A stretch of 27,780 nucleotides of DNA, from the IMG/VR virus record IMGVR_UViG_3300044267_004781, positions 1 to 27,780 of that record. One strand, given 5' to 3'. Within the stretch, counting starts at the first letter, position 1. Each line of letters begins with the position of its first letter. The DNA comes from a virus (lineage: Duplodnaviria; Caudoviricetes). The notes beneath the pieces are model-generated. The model was not told where the DNA came from and did no database searches. It worked only from the letters and a program-made list of their open reading frames with translations. Of this stretch, positions 1-8,406 are shown in pieces. The position numbers were made by a program, and so were the translations under genes.

Positions 1-80
1 AGGAGAGAAAGAAAGAGAGTGGGGCCACGTTGTTTTATAATATATATTCTATGATTTATATGGCATACCCTCCTATGCCT
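1..80 (-). other. Candidate cos/packaging-initiation region downstream of the HNH gene
   Basis: Non-coding, with GC-rich patches in an AT-rich genome (minus strand GGAGGGTATGCC ... ACGTGGCCCCACTCTCTTTC) and a 6-bp inverted repeat GGCATA/TATGCC at 62-79. Position after an HNH gene matches HK97-like cos phages. Confidence 0.4.
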
Positions 81-100
81 CTTCAAAGAATAAATATTAT

Positions 101-442
101 TTAGTTATTAGTTGTTTTATATTTTTTTTTTCTTCTATTATTTACTTCATTAGCGGTCTTCTTTGCATGACATGATGTACATAGAGACTGTAGGTTAGAC
201 CAATTAATAAAGCTACCACCTTCTGATACAGGTTGTATATGATCCACTACATTAGCATCTTTAATTATATTATTATCTCTACATACCTTACATACAGGAT
301 TGTACCGTATATACTTAGACCTTAATGATCTCCATCTCTTACTGTTATATAGTTTAGCATGCTCTGGATTAGAATAAGATGTATTAGTCTTAACACGTCT
401 TCGTATCCATTTATATTCTGTATGTGTAGGTATATTAGGCAT
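101..442 (-). CDS. HNH endonuclease, terminase-associated (HK97 gp74-like)
   Basis: YNSKRWRSLR..., CxxC, VDHIQP..EGG, NLQSLCTSCH motifs. Confidence 0.9.
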   Translation of the reverse strand: MPNIPTHTEYKWIRRRVKTNTSYSNPEHAKLYNSKRWRSLRSKYIRYNPVCKVCRDNNIIKDANVVDHIQPVSEGGSFINWSNLQSLCTSCHAKKTANEVNNRRKKKYKTTNN

Positions 443-443
443 A

Positions 444-674
444 CTACTTATATTGATCCTTATTACTATTATACATCTCTATCACCATCATCTCAAACAG
501 TTGTGCATTACTTAGGTTTATATCTATATGCTTAAGATCCTTCTTAATATCCTTAAACAATGCCAATACACTGTTCTTAACAGATATGGTTATCTTAGTA
601 CTATATTCAGTATTGTATATATTACCATAAGCCTGTTGCAATAAGTCTTCTCTATCTATATATATCTTAGTCAT
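444..674 (-). CDS. Hypothetical protein (possible small DNA-binding protein)
   Basis: 76-aa ORF abutting the HNH gene. Confidence 0.55.
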   Translation of the reverse strand: MTKIYIDREDLLQQAYGNIYNTEYSTKITISVKNSVLALFKDIKKDLKHIDINLSNAQLFEMMVIEMYNSNKDQYK

Positions 675-690
675 ACATTAATCTTTAAAC

Positions 691-732
691 AACAAAGGCC
701 TATATGCAGCGAACCACAAATAAGCCTCTGTC
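691..732 (-). ncRNA. 19-bp RNA hairpin with UUCG tetraloop (terminator/attenuator or small RNA element)
   Basis: Minus strand GACAGAGGCTTATTTGTGG-TTCG-CTGCATATAGGCCTTTGTT: 18 of 19 positions pair, including 5 G-U wobbles that work only on this strand. Confidence 0.6.
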
Positions 733-764
733 AACAACAACAAAAAACCTTAAGAAAGGAATTA

Positions 765-772
765 CAAATATA
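765..772 (-). promoter_or_regulatory. Bacteroidota primary-sigma -7 promoter box (TATATTTG)
   Basis: Matches the TAnnTTTG consensus, intergenic, upstream of the hairpin and the HNH/packaging genes. Confidence 0.6.
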
Positions 773-788
773 CTAATTAAATAATTCA

Positions 789-965
789 TTATACTATGTC
801 CTTTAAGATCTTTATACATATTTTTTTCAATAATTGCTTTTCTTCATTAGTTAGGTCTGTATTTAACTCTTCTATATAATTAACATTTTCACTACTATTA
901 TATATCAAATCTGTATAATTAGTTGAATTAATTGAGCTATTACATTTACATTTCTTATATTTCAT
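789..965 (-). CDS. Small hypothetical protein (58 aa, below ORF-track cutoff)
   Basis: Hand translation MKYKKCKCNSSINST...KQLLKKICIKILKDIV; start overlaps the end of the upstream gene. Confidence 0.5.
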   Translation of the reverse strand: MKYKKCKCNSSINSTNYTDLIYNSSENVNYIEELNTDLTNEEKQLLKKICIKILKDIV

Positions 966-1224
966 TCTCTAATTTTTTTATCAATTTTCTAAGATGCTCT
1001 ATTTTACATAATTTATTAAATTCTTTGCTATTTTCAGCTCTTATATGGCATGATCTACAAAGAGCCATAAGGTTCTCAATAAAATCTTTAGTTTTACTGC
1101 CCCCAGAACCTCTAGGCTCAATGTGATGTATATCTACCGCTCTTTGAGTACACATTTCACAAGGAATAAAGTCATCCATGATATAGTCAAAATAAGTCAT
1201 ATATATTTTAGTGTGAATTTTCAT
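955..1224 (-). CDS. HNH-family nuclease (NinG-like position)
   Basis: CEMC, VDIHHIEPRGSGG, NLMALCRSCH; ATGA overlap with the replication gene. Confidence 0.85.
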   Translation of the reverse strand: MKIHTKIYMTYFDYIMDDFIPCEMCTQRAVDIHHIEPRGSGGSKTKDFIENLMALCRSCHIRAENSKEFNKLCKIEHLRKLIKKLENEI

Positions 1225-2018
1225 TTTTTAGTCCAAGTAGGCTCTCCATTATAACTATGTTTTTGTTCATATCCTAATGACATCAAATGTTGTCTATATT
1301 CTCTTTGTTTTGTTTGATCTTGAGCTATTCTACTAGCATAAGCTTTGTCATAATAATCTGGCATAGTATTTTTACTATTTGAAAATTTAGAATTATTATT
1401 AGCCCATCTTTGTAGTCTTTTTTTAAGATCCCAAGTTTTTTCTAATTCCCATTTCATTTTTGTATTACTTGGATTAGTTTCAGACCAATACTCAAAAAAT
1501 TCTTTATTAATATTATTAAATTCATTATAGGATAAAACGGATTTTTCAAAATCCGCAATTCTTATTTCTATATTCTTATTAGAATTCTTATTATTATTAT
1601 TATCCTTATTCTTATTCTTATTATTACTAGTATACTCTATATTTAGTGTATCTACACAGTATACATACGATATAAGATCTTTATTTTTAACTAATTCAAA
1701 ATCCTTTTCAATACATTTTTTTACAGTAGGAGAATTACTATAATTATACTTTAAAAAGTTTATTATAGCGATCTCATTTGTCTTTTTGCTATATTTTATC
1801 TTATTAATACCCTCAAAGTGCGTTAGAAGTGATAAAACCGCGTTCTGATCATATCCTGTTTCATAAGCTATTTGTCTTATACTAATTTCATAAATACCGC
1901 ATTGTAACACCTTAGGATTAGTTAATAAATATATATAGAAATATTTTTGTTCAGGTGTTAGATCTAATACTAATGGATCATTCCAAAAGCTTGTATGTAA
2001 TTGTCTAAATTTTGCCAT
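1221..2018 (-). CDS. Phage replication initiator / replisome organizer
   Basis: N-terminal FRQLHTSFWNDP..LTPEQKYFYIYLLTNP..CGIYEIS helix-turn-helix region, Asn/Lys-rich linker, C-terminal FFEYWSE...TWDLKKRLQRW domain. Confidence 0.75.
   Translation of the reverse strand: MAKFRQLHTSFWNDPLVLDLTPEQKYFYIYLLTNPKVLQCGIYEISIRQIAYETGYDQNAVLSLLTHFEGINKIKYSKKTNEIAIINFLKYNYSNSPTVKKCIEKDFELVKNKDLISYVYCVDTLNIEYTSNNKNKNKDNNNNKNSNKNIEIRIADFEKSVLSYNEFNNINKEFFEYWSETNPSNTKMKWELEKTWDLKKRLQRWANNNSKFSNSKNTMPDYYDKAYASRIAQDQTKQREYRQHLMSLGYEQKHSYNGEPTWTKK
1573..1626. repeat. AT-rich AATAAG/AATAAT tandem repeats inside the initiator gene (candidate origin)
   Basis: Encodes NNKNKNKDNNNNKNSNKN; origins often lie inside phage initiator genes. 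Confidence 0.4.
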
Positions 2019-2030
2019 TGTTGTTTATTT

Positions 2031-2369
2031 TTAAAAAGGTACATCATTATTGTTTTCTTCATTGTCTTTATATAATTCTAAAGGATCTTGAGGTATTACT
2101 TCTTTTGCCATTAAAGTATTAAAAAATCTATCTTTCCATTCATTTGATTTTATATAAAAATGAACAGTAACGAATCTATCTTGTTTTATATTACCTTCTA
2201 ACAAATCTACCGCTGCATTTCCAAAAATTTCAAATTGATATTTATTTTTAAAATCTGTCGCTTCTTCAATTGTGAATAATAATTTTTTAGCATTTTCTCC
2301 ATCTTTCAATTCTATTGTTTCAATTCTTTTATTTAGAATTTGACCTCTTTTTTTATATAATTCAGACAT
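2031..2369 (-). CDS. Single-stranded DNA-binding protein, DUF3127-like
   Basis: OB-fold-like pattern (VTVHFYIKSNEWKDRFFNTL) and acidic SSB tail ending DVPF. Confidence 0.75.
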   Translation of the reverse strand: MSELYKKRGQILNKRIETIELKDGENAKKLLFTIEEATDFKNKYQFEIFGNAAVDLLEGNIKQDRFVTVHFYIKSNEWKDRFFNTLMAKEVIPQDPLELYKDNEENNNDVPF

Positions 2370-2790
2370 AAGTTTTTCTTTTTAATTTTTCTAATTGATA
2401 TTTTAATTGACAATTTTCATTTAAGATCTGTTCATACTTAATTTCATTATCGTAATCATACTTAGTTTTAGTAATACTATAAGCAAGATCTAATTCAGTA
2501 TGTGACCAATTTTCAAATTGTGTTTTTGTATTTTGATATAATTTAGTATAATGATTAATAACTTCATATTCTTGTTTATGATGTTTTAAATATTTCTTAA
2601 TATAATCTTGATCTTTGTCAAATAATTCTGATATTTCAAATAATGATATTTTATAACTATCTTTTAAATAAGTATATACCATAGCTTTACAATCTACAAC
2701 TCTAGTATATTTATATTCTCTATAAAATTCATTAAATTTGATCTTGTTATAATGACAAGCAATACGTATTAATCTTTCTACTGATTTCAT
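2362..2790 (-). CDS. Putative helix-turn-helix protein (DnaA C-terminal-like) with C-terminal coiled coil
   Basis: RVVDCKAMVYTYLKD...SLFEISELFDKD pattern. Confidence 0.45.
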   Translation of the reverse strand: MKSVERLIRIACHYNKIKFNEFYREYKYTRVVDCKAMVYTYLKDSYKISLFEISELFDKDQDYIKKYLKHHKQEYEVINHYTKLYQNTKTQFENWSHTELDLAYSITKTKYDYDNEIKYEQILNENCQLKYQLEKLKRKTYV

Positions 2791-3086
2791 TTTTTTAAGA
2801 TATTATCAGGACCATATACATACAAATTATATTCGTCCGAATCTTTCTCGAAATAATCAATCACTTTAAAATCACGCTCATCTCTATATAATTCCAATAC
2901 TAAATTCATTAATTGATCTTTAGATCCTTTGAAATTAATTTGACCGTAACCAAATTCTATATCACTAAATTCTCTACCTGTATTGCTATCTTCAACTCTT
3001 ACGTTTCGATAACCCTTTCCAAATATAACCCAATTACGAATTGTTTTGTTTTCGTCAATAGGGTATCTTTTGCTTATTGATTCCAT
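2787..3086 (-). CDS. Hypothetical protein
   Basis: Start reassigned to the ATG at 3086 (MESISKRYP...), just after the upstream stop, rather than 3137. Confidence 0.65.
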   Translation of the reverse strand: MESISKRYPIDENKTIRNWVIFGKGYRNVRVEDSNTGREFSDIEFGYGQINFKGSKDQLMNLVLELYRDERDFKVIDYFEKDSDEYNLYVYGPDNILKK

Positions 3087-3090
3087 GTTG

Positions 3091-3504
3091 TTATTTTTTC
3101 TTAAATTCTTCTGCCTCATCTTCTGAATGCATTCCATGAAGATCAGCCATTTTAATTATCAAACGAGCCAATGCTCTTTTCTCTGCCATAGCTATAGGGT
3201 ATTTTTGAGTATTATTCTCAGGAGAACATTCACCAAATGTTTCCATAACTTTTTGAGGCACTTTAGTTTTTGTATTTGGATCTAATCCCATTATAACACC
3301 TCTAGCCATTATTACAACATTTTTATGGTTGTCAGATAAACTTTCTACTTTATATTGGACAGATACATTTAACTTATTTTGAATTTTTTCTATTCCACAT
3401 CTTTTTATAATTGGTTTTTCAACCGCTCCAAATTTTAACATATAAATATCATCCTTTTCTAGATCATATTCTTTATATATATCTTTTAACTTATCTCTAT
3501 TCAT
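3091..3504 (-). CDS. Putative single-strand annealing/recombination protein
   Basis: ETFGE...YPIAMAEKRALAR...SEDEAEEF resembles Rad52/Sak/ERF-type C-terminal motifs; lies near the SSB. Confidence 0.5.
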   Translation of the reverse strand: MNRDKLKDIYKEYDLEKDDIYMLKFGAVEKPIIKRCGIEKIQNKLNVSVQYKVESLSDNHKNVVIMARGVIMGLDPNTKTKVPQKVMETFGECSPENNTQKYPIAMAEKRALARLIIKMADLHGMHSEDEAEEFKKK

Positions 3505-3808
3505 TGTATTTTTCTTTTAATTGATTAAATTTTTCAGTTTGTTGATTTGATAAAATTTGAGATACTAATAAAAAATCTTCATTTGGGACAACGTTTTCTT
3601 GTCCTTCTTTTATTACTAGATCTATATATTCAACAACAATAGCTTTATAACAATCATCTAATTCTTTCGCACTATATGATTCTAATTTTTCTTTATTAAC
3701 TCCTAATGAGTGTAATAAGACTCTTCTATCAAAAAGATCTTTTACTTGAAATTTTGATAATAATATTTTTACAGCTATGTTTTTATCAGTGTTAGATATT
3801 TCTTTCAT
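3497..3808 (-). CDS. Hypothetical protein
   Basis: 103-aa ORF overlapping both neighbours. Confidence 0.6.
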   Translation of the reverse strand: MKEISNTDKNIAVKILLSKFQVKDLFDRRVLLHSLGVNKEKLESYSAKELDDCYKAIVVEYIDLVIKEGQENVVPNEDFLLVSQILSNQQTEKFNQLKEKYNE

Positions 3809-4124
3809 TTAGTTTATTATTTATTAATAATTCTATTTCTTTCCAATTATTCTTGTAATGATAAAATAGTATACGGTAACAAAAATCCGTGCTATAAAAA
3901 TAACATACATTACGCTTAAACATTTTTTTGATTCCTTCAATACCTTTTTTATCATATACATTAATTATCTTTTGATCCGTTATAGTTTGAGTTGCTCTAG
4001 TTGATTTTACTTCTAATAATAATCTAAGAGCATCATTTCTATTTTTATCACGATCATTATCTGCTTCAATATCGTATAGATCTAGCAAATAATATAATTC
4101 GTCTTCAAAATCTTTATATTCCAT
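3792..4124 (-). CDS. Hypothetical protein
   Basis: ORF with likely ATG start at 4124 (MEYKDF...). Confidence 0.6.
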   Translation of the reverse strand: MEYKDFEDELYYLLDLYDIEADNDRDKNRNDALRLLLEVKSTRATQTITDQKIINVYDKKGIEGIKKMFKRNVCYFYSTDFCYRILFYHYKNNWKEIELLINNKLNERNI

Positions 4125-4130
4125 TGCATA

Positions 4131-4138
4131 CAAAAGTA
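4131..4138 (-). promoter_or_regulatory. Possible -7 promoter box (TACTTTTG)
   Basis: TAnnTTTG match 6 nt before an ATG; could instead be the U-tail of a weak hairpin at about 4142-4161. Confidence 0.35.
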
Positions 4139-4164
4139 AACAATAGAATCTGAATCCTACTATG

Positions 4165-4242
4165 CTAAACGTTGAAAATCAATGTTACTAAAAATCTACC
4201 TATCATATAGGTTGCACATAAGTATAATATTAATTTTGCCAT
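4165..4242 (-). CDS. 25-aa hydrophobic peptide
   Basis: MAKLILYLCATYMIGRFLVTLIFNV; A-rich leader and an upstream promoter match. Confidence 0.5.
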   Translation of the reverse strand: MAKLILYLCATYMIGRFLVTLIFNV

Positions 4243-4262
4243 CTTAATTTTTTTTGTTTGAT

Positions 4263-4292
4263 CAAAACTATTATTAATAATTCTAATACAAA
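4263..4292 (-). promoter_or_regulatory. Bacteroidota promoter (-33 TTTG, 18-nt spacer, -7 TAGTTTTG)
   Basis: TTTG at 4292-4289 and TAGTTTTG at 4270-4263, intergenic. Confidence 0.55.
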
Positions 4293-4327
4293 AATTTTTA
4301 GTTAGTTACTTATTAACAATCAATTGT

Positions 4328-4624
4328 TTATTCCTTTACGAAAGTACCGTTTTTCATAGTACCCTTTCTATCTGATATTTCTTCAATTGCATGAGTTACG
4401 CAATCCTCGATTCTAAGATCACAAAGATGAGCTAAATTAGTTAATACTACTACGCAATCTCCAATTGCATCTATAGTTTCTAATTTGTTATTTGTCAAAA
4501 TTGCTTTTGCTAATTCGCCAACCTCTTCTTGAAGTTTTAAGGTTTGAGTTTTAGGATCTCCTTTTTTGTAGATTCCTCTTTCTTCTGCCCATTCTCTTAT
4601 TTGTGTATATTTAAAGTATTCCAT
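4328..4624 (-). CDS. MazG-like nucleotide pyrophosphohydrolase
   Basis: KLQEEVGELAKA...IDAIGD...DRKG...NGTFVKE all-alpha NTP-PPase motifs. Confidence 0.9.
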   Translation of the reverse strand: MEYFKYTQIREWAEERGIYKKGDPKTQTLKLQEEVGELAKAILTNNKLETIDAIGDCVVVLTNLAHLCDLRIEDCVTHAIEEISDRKGTMKNGTFVKE

Positions 4625-4626
4625 AG

Positions 4627-4749
4627 TTATTGTTTTTTATCGTTTTTTAATTCAGTTAATATATTATCTAAGACCTTATTTAGCTTAGGTAATTCTCTTA
4701 TTATTGTTTCTAATGCTTGCATCTCTGCTTTGCTTATATAGTCTCTCAT
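4627..4749 (-). CDS. Small hypothetical protein (40 aa)
   Basis: MRDYISKAEMQALETIIRELPKLNKVLDNILTELKNDKKQ; ATGA-coupled to the upstream gene and fills the gap. Confidence 0.55.
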   Translation of the reverse strand: MRDYISKAEMQALETIIRELPKLNKVLDNILTELKNDKKQ

Positions 4750-5384
4750 ATTTTTCTATTTAAAAAGTTATTATATATATGTAAATTATTTGCAAAATGA
4801 TAATACTTACCTAATTCAACATCTAATTCATGAGATACTAATATCATTAATTTAGAAAAACAATACTGATCATTGCAAAATCCATACCAAAGATCATTAG
4901 ATCTCATCATTACATTCATATTTAATTTATTATCATATATATAAAAATTAATAGCATAAGTACAAGGAGTATCATTCTCCCAATTATACCTATCCTTTCC
5001 ATTGTATATACTAATTGATGCCCTTCTACTTTTAGGATTCTTTTTTAATTCATCAATAACATATTCTAATTGATTATTCTCTTGCCAATGACATCCATAA
5101 TTAGAATTAACATTTCCTTTCTCATCCATACATTTATACCATATCTTCGCATGTTTAGCTATCTCTTTAGCAGAACTATTTCCTGATTCATACCATCTCC
5201 ATTCTAGTTCAGCATAATCTTGTTTCCATTTTCTAGCTTTATTAGTTATAATATTATTACTCGGTTGATCTATTAAAAAACCAACATTGAATAAAGCTTT
5301 TGTATTATCAAAATCTACTCCAGCATTATTAATCATATTATACCAAAACTCGAAAGCTGTATTAGCGTCTATAAAATTTCTCAT
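4746..5384 (-). CDS. Thymidylate synthase-superfamily enzyme, dCMP hydroxymethylase-like
   Basis: NSNYG, SRRA, DTPCT (catalytic Cys), MRSNDLWYGFCND (Asp at the substrate-specificity position), NLHIY; only 212 aa. Confidence 0.85.
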   Translation of the reverse strand: MRNFIDANTAFEFWYNMINNAGVDFDNTKALFNVGFLIDQPSNNIITNKARKWKQDYAELEWRWYESGNSSAKEIAKHAKIWYKCMDEKGNVNSNYGCHWQENNQLEYVIDELKKNPKSRRASISIYNGKDRYNWENDTPCTYAINFYIYDNKLNMNVMMRSNDLWYGFCNDQYCFSKLMILVSHELDVELGKYYHFANNLHIYNNFLNRKI

Positions 5385-6274
5385 ATCACTACTCTTTTAA
5401 AATCTTTAAAATCACCCCAATCTCTATATGAATCAACATCCTCCCATTTTAATGTTGGTTTAGGAGCATCACCCGCTACATTAAAGAACCAATCTCCTTC
5501 TCTTCCATATTTCATCATATAGTGATAACCTTTAGAATCATAAGAAGGTTCACAATTAAATTCTTTTGGCACATAATCAGATACACTTTCAAATCTTTTG
5601 TGATATGAATGAAACATAGCACGTCCCAATTCTCCTTGTTGTATATTTCTAGCAACAGCAACATTATGAAACTTAGTATTAGGCAAAGCTATTTGAAGTG
5701 ATCTAGATAATACACCTGTAGAAATTACACACCACATTCTTTTAGGATGTTCCTTGTCTTTAAAATAATCATAAATAGATCTTACAGCTCCAGCAACAAC
5801 GTATTCATGTTGAAGTCCTAATGGTATAAAAAAAGCACCTTCTTGTTCTGCATATCTCTTTGCTATTTGATTAGCATTTGGCATCGCTGCTATCCTTAAG
5901 AATAATGGTTTTGCTCCATATTCTATACATAGTCTTTGATGATCTGATGATTTCTTAGATGCTGGCATTACTAACGTCAAATTCTTATTATACATCTGAC
6001 ATAAATAAGATAAACTAATACCCGCAAAACCTCGACGTGGTTGAACGTAAACTATTTCCTTATAGTTATTAAGTTTTGTCATTAAAAACTCACCAAACCT
6101 AGCCTTAGCACCTACTGGGTTAGATTGAGACTCATCTATTATATTAAAGCCATTACATTTAATAATTTTAAACGGTTTGAATGAACTTTTAAAATCTTTA
6201 GTTAGATCTAAATAATAATGTAGACCTTTATTATCTTTAATCTCATTTGGATTAGTTGTCTTATTTACATACAT
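5381..6274 (-). CDS. PLP-dependent enzyme, fold type II (cysteine synthase/ACC deaminase-like)
   Basis: NPVGAKAR (Schiff-base Lys), GFAGISLS, LVMP, YGAK, ISTGVL phosphate loop, EPSYDSKG. Confidence 0.8.
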   Translation of the reverse strand: MYVNKTTNPNEIKDNKGLHYYLDLTKDFKSSFKPFKIIKCNGFNIIDESQSNPVGAKARFGEFLMTKLNNYKEIVYVQPRRGFAGISLSYLCQMYNKNLTLVMPASKKSSDHQRLCIEYGAKPLFLRIAAMPNANQIAKRYAEQEGAFFIPLGLQHEYVVAGAVRSIYDYFKDKEHPKRMWCVISTGVLSRSLQIALPNTKFHNVAVARNIQQGELGRAMFHSYHKRFESVSDYVPKEFNCEPSYDSKGYHYMMKYGREGDWFFNVAGDAPKPTLKWEDVDSYRDWGDFKDFKRVVI

Positions 6275-8406
6275 GATACGAATTCTTTATATTTATTAAT
6301 ACCCCATTTTTGTTTCAATATACAATTATTCTCCATGATCTTTCCATTGTTTTTTTCTATATGATATTTAGATTGGTATTCTTTAAAATATCTAATAATA
6401 TCACAAAGCCTAGAATCTTCTACAGAATAAGGATTAGAATCATACCTATCAGCTAAAAATTGAATACAAGCACTTTCAAATTCTAATCTAGAACATTTAC
6501 CAACTTTTTTGAATATAAGATCTATACATTTTTTCGCATTAGTTCCTGCATATATCATTGAATTAGGATCTATGTACTTAGGATAGTATTCTGCTATATC
6601 CGCCATTGTTGCTGATAAAACAAAATTCTGTTTTTTAAATCCTTTTTGCTGTAAATATTTATTCATGTGATCGACGCATTCAATTATTGTTCTATCTTGA
6701 CCTTCCCATCTTATGAATTCATATAATTCACCAACTAAATCAAGACTCTCTTCTAATATGAATCTTTTTAAGTGTCCTCCTTTTTGATTTTCATAACTAA
6801 ATTGAGGTAACAAATAACCTTTATTATCTGTAAAAGGTTTATCAATTATTTGCAATTCTTTATACCAATCCTCCCAATTATAATTTCCATTTTTAATTAA
6901 ATCAACTAACCAAAAGTTTCCAAATCCATGTGTTCCGAAAGGTTTGTTATTAGTTTTAGGTTTGTAATTAATACCAGATCCACATAATCTAAATAGATAG
7001 AATAATAAAATCATTTCAAAATCACTTTTCATTGGATCAACTTTAACGAAGTATTTTCCATTTCCTTTTGGATCATCATCTCCTTTGAAGATAGCCTCTA
7101 AGAAGCTACTAAACGCAGCGTATCGTCGATCTAACATGTCATATATAGGTACATTAAATATAAGTGGATCATCTACTTTTTGAGCTAAACTATATATCTT
7201 CTCTTTGTCATAATAATGTTTTTGCATTAGTAAACTTTTTTCATGATACTCATCAATAGCCTCTAATACATCTTCATTAATTTCAAATACATTAAATACA
7301 TGACTACAATCATCTTGAGGTATTGGATTGAATTGAATAGGATAGTCGACTGAATCTTGATCGCTATATTTTCTATGATCAGGTATATTTATATTTTGTT
7401 GAACTTTAACACTTAGACCTCTTGAAATAAAATCATACATATAACTATGAGGAGCTAAATGAACACTAGATCCTGATTCCATGTTTTTAAAATCTAATCT
7501 GACTAAAGATCCACCAAGATTCCAATTTAAAATATTAATATTTTTTTTCAATATAAGTTGTTCTTGTAAATATAAATTAAATTGAACTACGCATTGAATT
7601 CTTTCTTCTCTAGTACCCCAAAATGGTTGGCCTTTATGATAACCTGTTTTTGGTATTTTTCTCGACTCATCTTCTATAGGTAATAGTTCAACGATCTCGA
7701 TTTCTTCTACCATTTTTCTTTTAATTAAATACTCGCACCCCCTAATATAAGAATCAACTAACTCTATAATAGCAATAGATCTATTTTCGTCATTAAAATA
7801 TAACCTACACAAATGATGCCTAACATCAATGTTTCCAAAATATAATCTCAACTTTTTTATTGGCTTTTTAAAATGTTCTAAATAGCTATATATTCCTTTA
7901 ACTAAAACACCATGCAATGTTTGTCCATCGTGTCTATCTATCACATATCTATCTTCAAATACAGATATAGCATGACTATCACCAAGCACAACGTTTTCAG
8001 GATCTAAAATATAAGGAGTTGGATTAATTTTTTTCGGCAAAGAATTTCTAGTAAATTTCAAATCAAACTTAAGATCGATATTTCTTTTCTCAACTAGATC
8101 CAGATAATTAGGTGCTTCATTTCCGTAAAAATATAAACTACCATCAAAATCATATAACTTATTTAATCTCAAAACTAATTTATCACTAACACCTCCAAAT
8201 AAATTCCAAACACCAGGCCTAAAATTAACACCCTCAGTGATATATAATATTTGATACCTATTCCAATCATCTTTCTCTGTTAAAAGATCTACCGTAGTTT
8301 CGTATTTAATTTCTAGTTGTGATCTTAATGTATAAGTCCAACCAGCATTGTGAGAAGTTTCTCTTTTTGAAGGATTCTGTAGTATCCCAATAATTCCTAT
8401 TTTCAT
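6265..8406 (-). CDS. Two-domain fusion: N-terminal SGNH/GDSL-like domain plus C-terminal helical putative DNA-base transferase (aGPT-PPlase-like)
   Basis: N-terminal GDSH, GNID and SVH motifs in SGNH block order; low-complexity linker; C-terminal IYDMLDRRYAAFS, LFRLCGSG, HGFGN, ADIAEYYP.YIDP, EDSRLCD; lies within a nucleotide-modification operon. Confidence 0.6.
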   Translation of the reverse strand: MKIGIIGILQNPSKRETSHNAGWTYTLRSQLEIKYETTVDLLTEKDDWNRYQILYITEGVNFRPGVWNLFGGVSDKLVLRLNKLYDFDGSLYFYGNEAPNYLDLVEKRNIDLKFDLKFTRNSLPKKINPTPYILDPENVVLGDSHAISVFEDRYVIDRHDGQTLHGVLVKGIYSYLEHFKKPIKKLRLYFGNIDVRHHLCRLYFNDENRSIAIIELVDSYIRGCEYLIKRKMVEEIEIVELLPIEDESRKIPKTGYHKGQPFWGTREERIQCVVQFNLYLQEQLILKKNINILNWNLGGSLVRLDFKNMESGSSVHLAPHSYMYDFISRGLSVKVQQNINIPDHRKYSDQDSVDYPIQFNPIPQDDCSHVFNVFEINEDVLEAIDEYHEKSLLMQKHYYDKEKIYSLAQKVDDPLIFNVPIYDMLDRRYAAFSSFLEAIFKGDDDPKGNGKYFVKVDPMKSDFEMILLFYLFRLCGSGINYKPKTNNKPFGTHGFGNFWLVDLIKNGNYNWEDWYKELQIIDKPFTDNKGYLLPQFSYENQKGGHLKRFILEESLDLVGELYEFIRWEGQDRTIIECVDHMNKYLQQKGFKKQNFVLSATMADIAEYYPKYIDPNSMIYAGTNAKKCIDLIFKKVGKCSRLEFESACIQFLADRYDSNPYSVEDSRLCDIIRYFKEYQSKYHIEKNNGKIMENNCILKQKWGINKYKEFVSCM

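Noticed and set aside
700-789. 29-codon minus-strand ORF starting at 789 (MNYLISIFVIPFLRFF...)
   Set aside because: It overlaps the promoter box and the strong hairpin; better explained as non-coding, though not excluded.
4746-5384. Call as canonical thyA
   Set aside because: Short length, Asp at the specificity site and operon context argue against it.
5381-6274. Call as cysK auxiliary metabolic gene
   Set aside because: Only fold-level motifs match, and the context is DNA modification.
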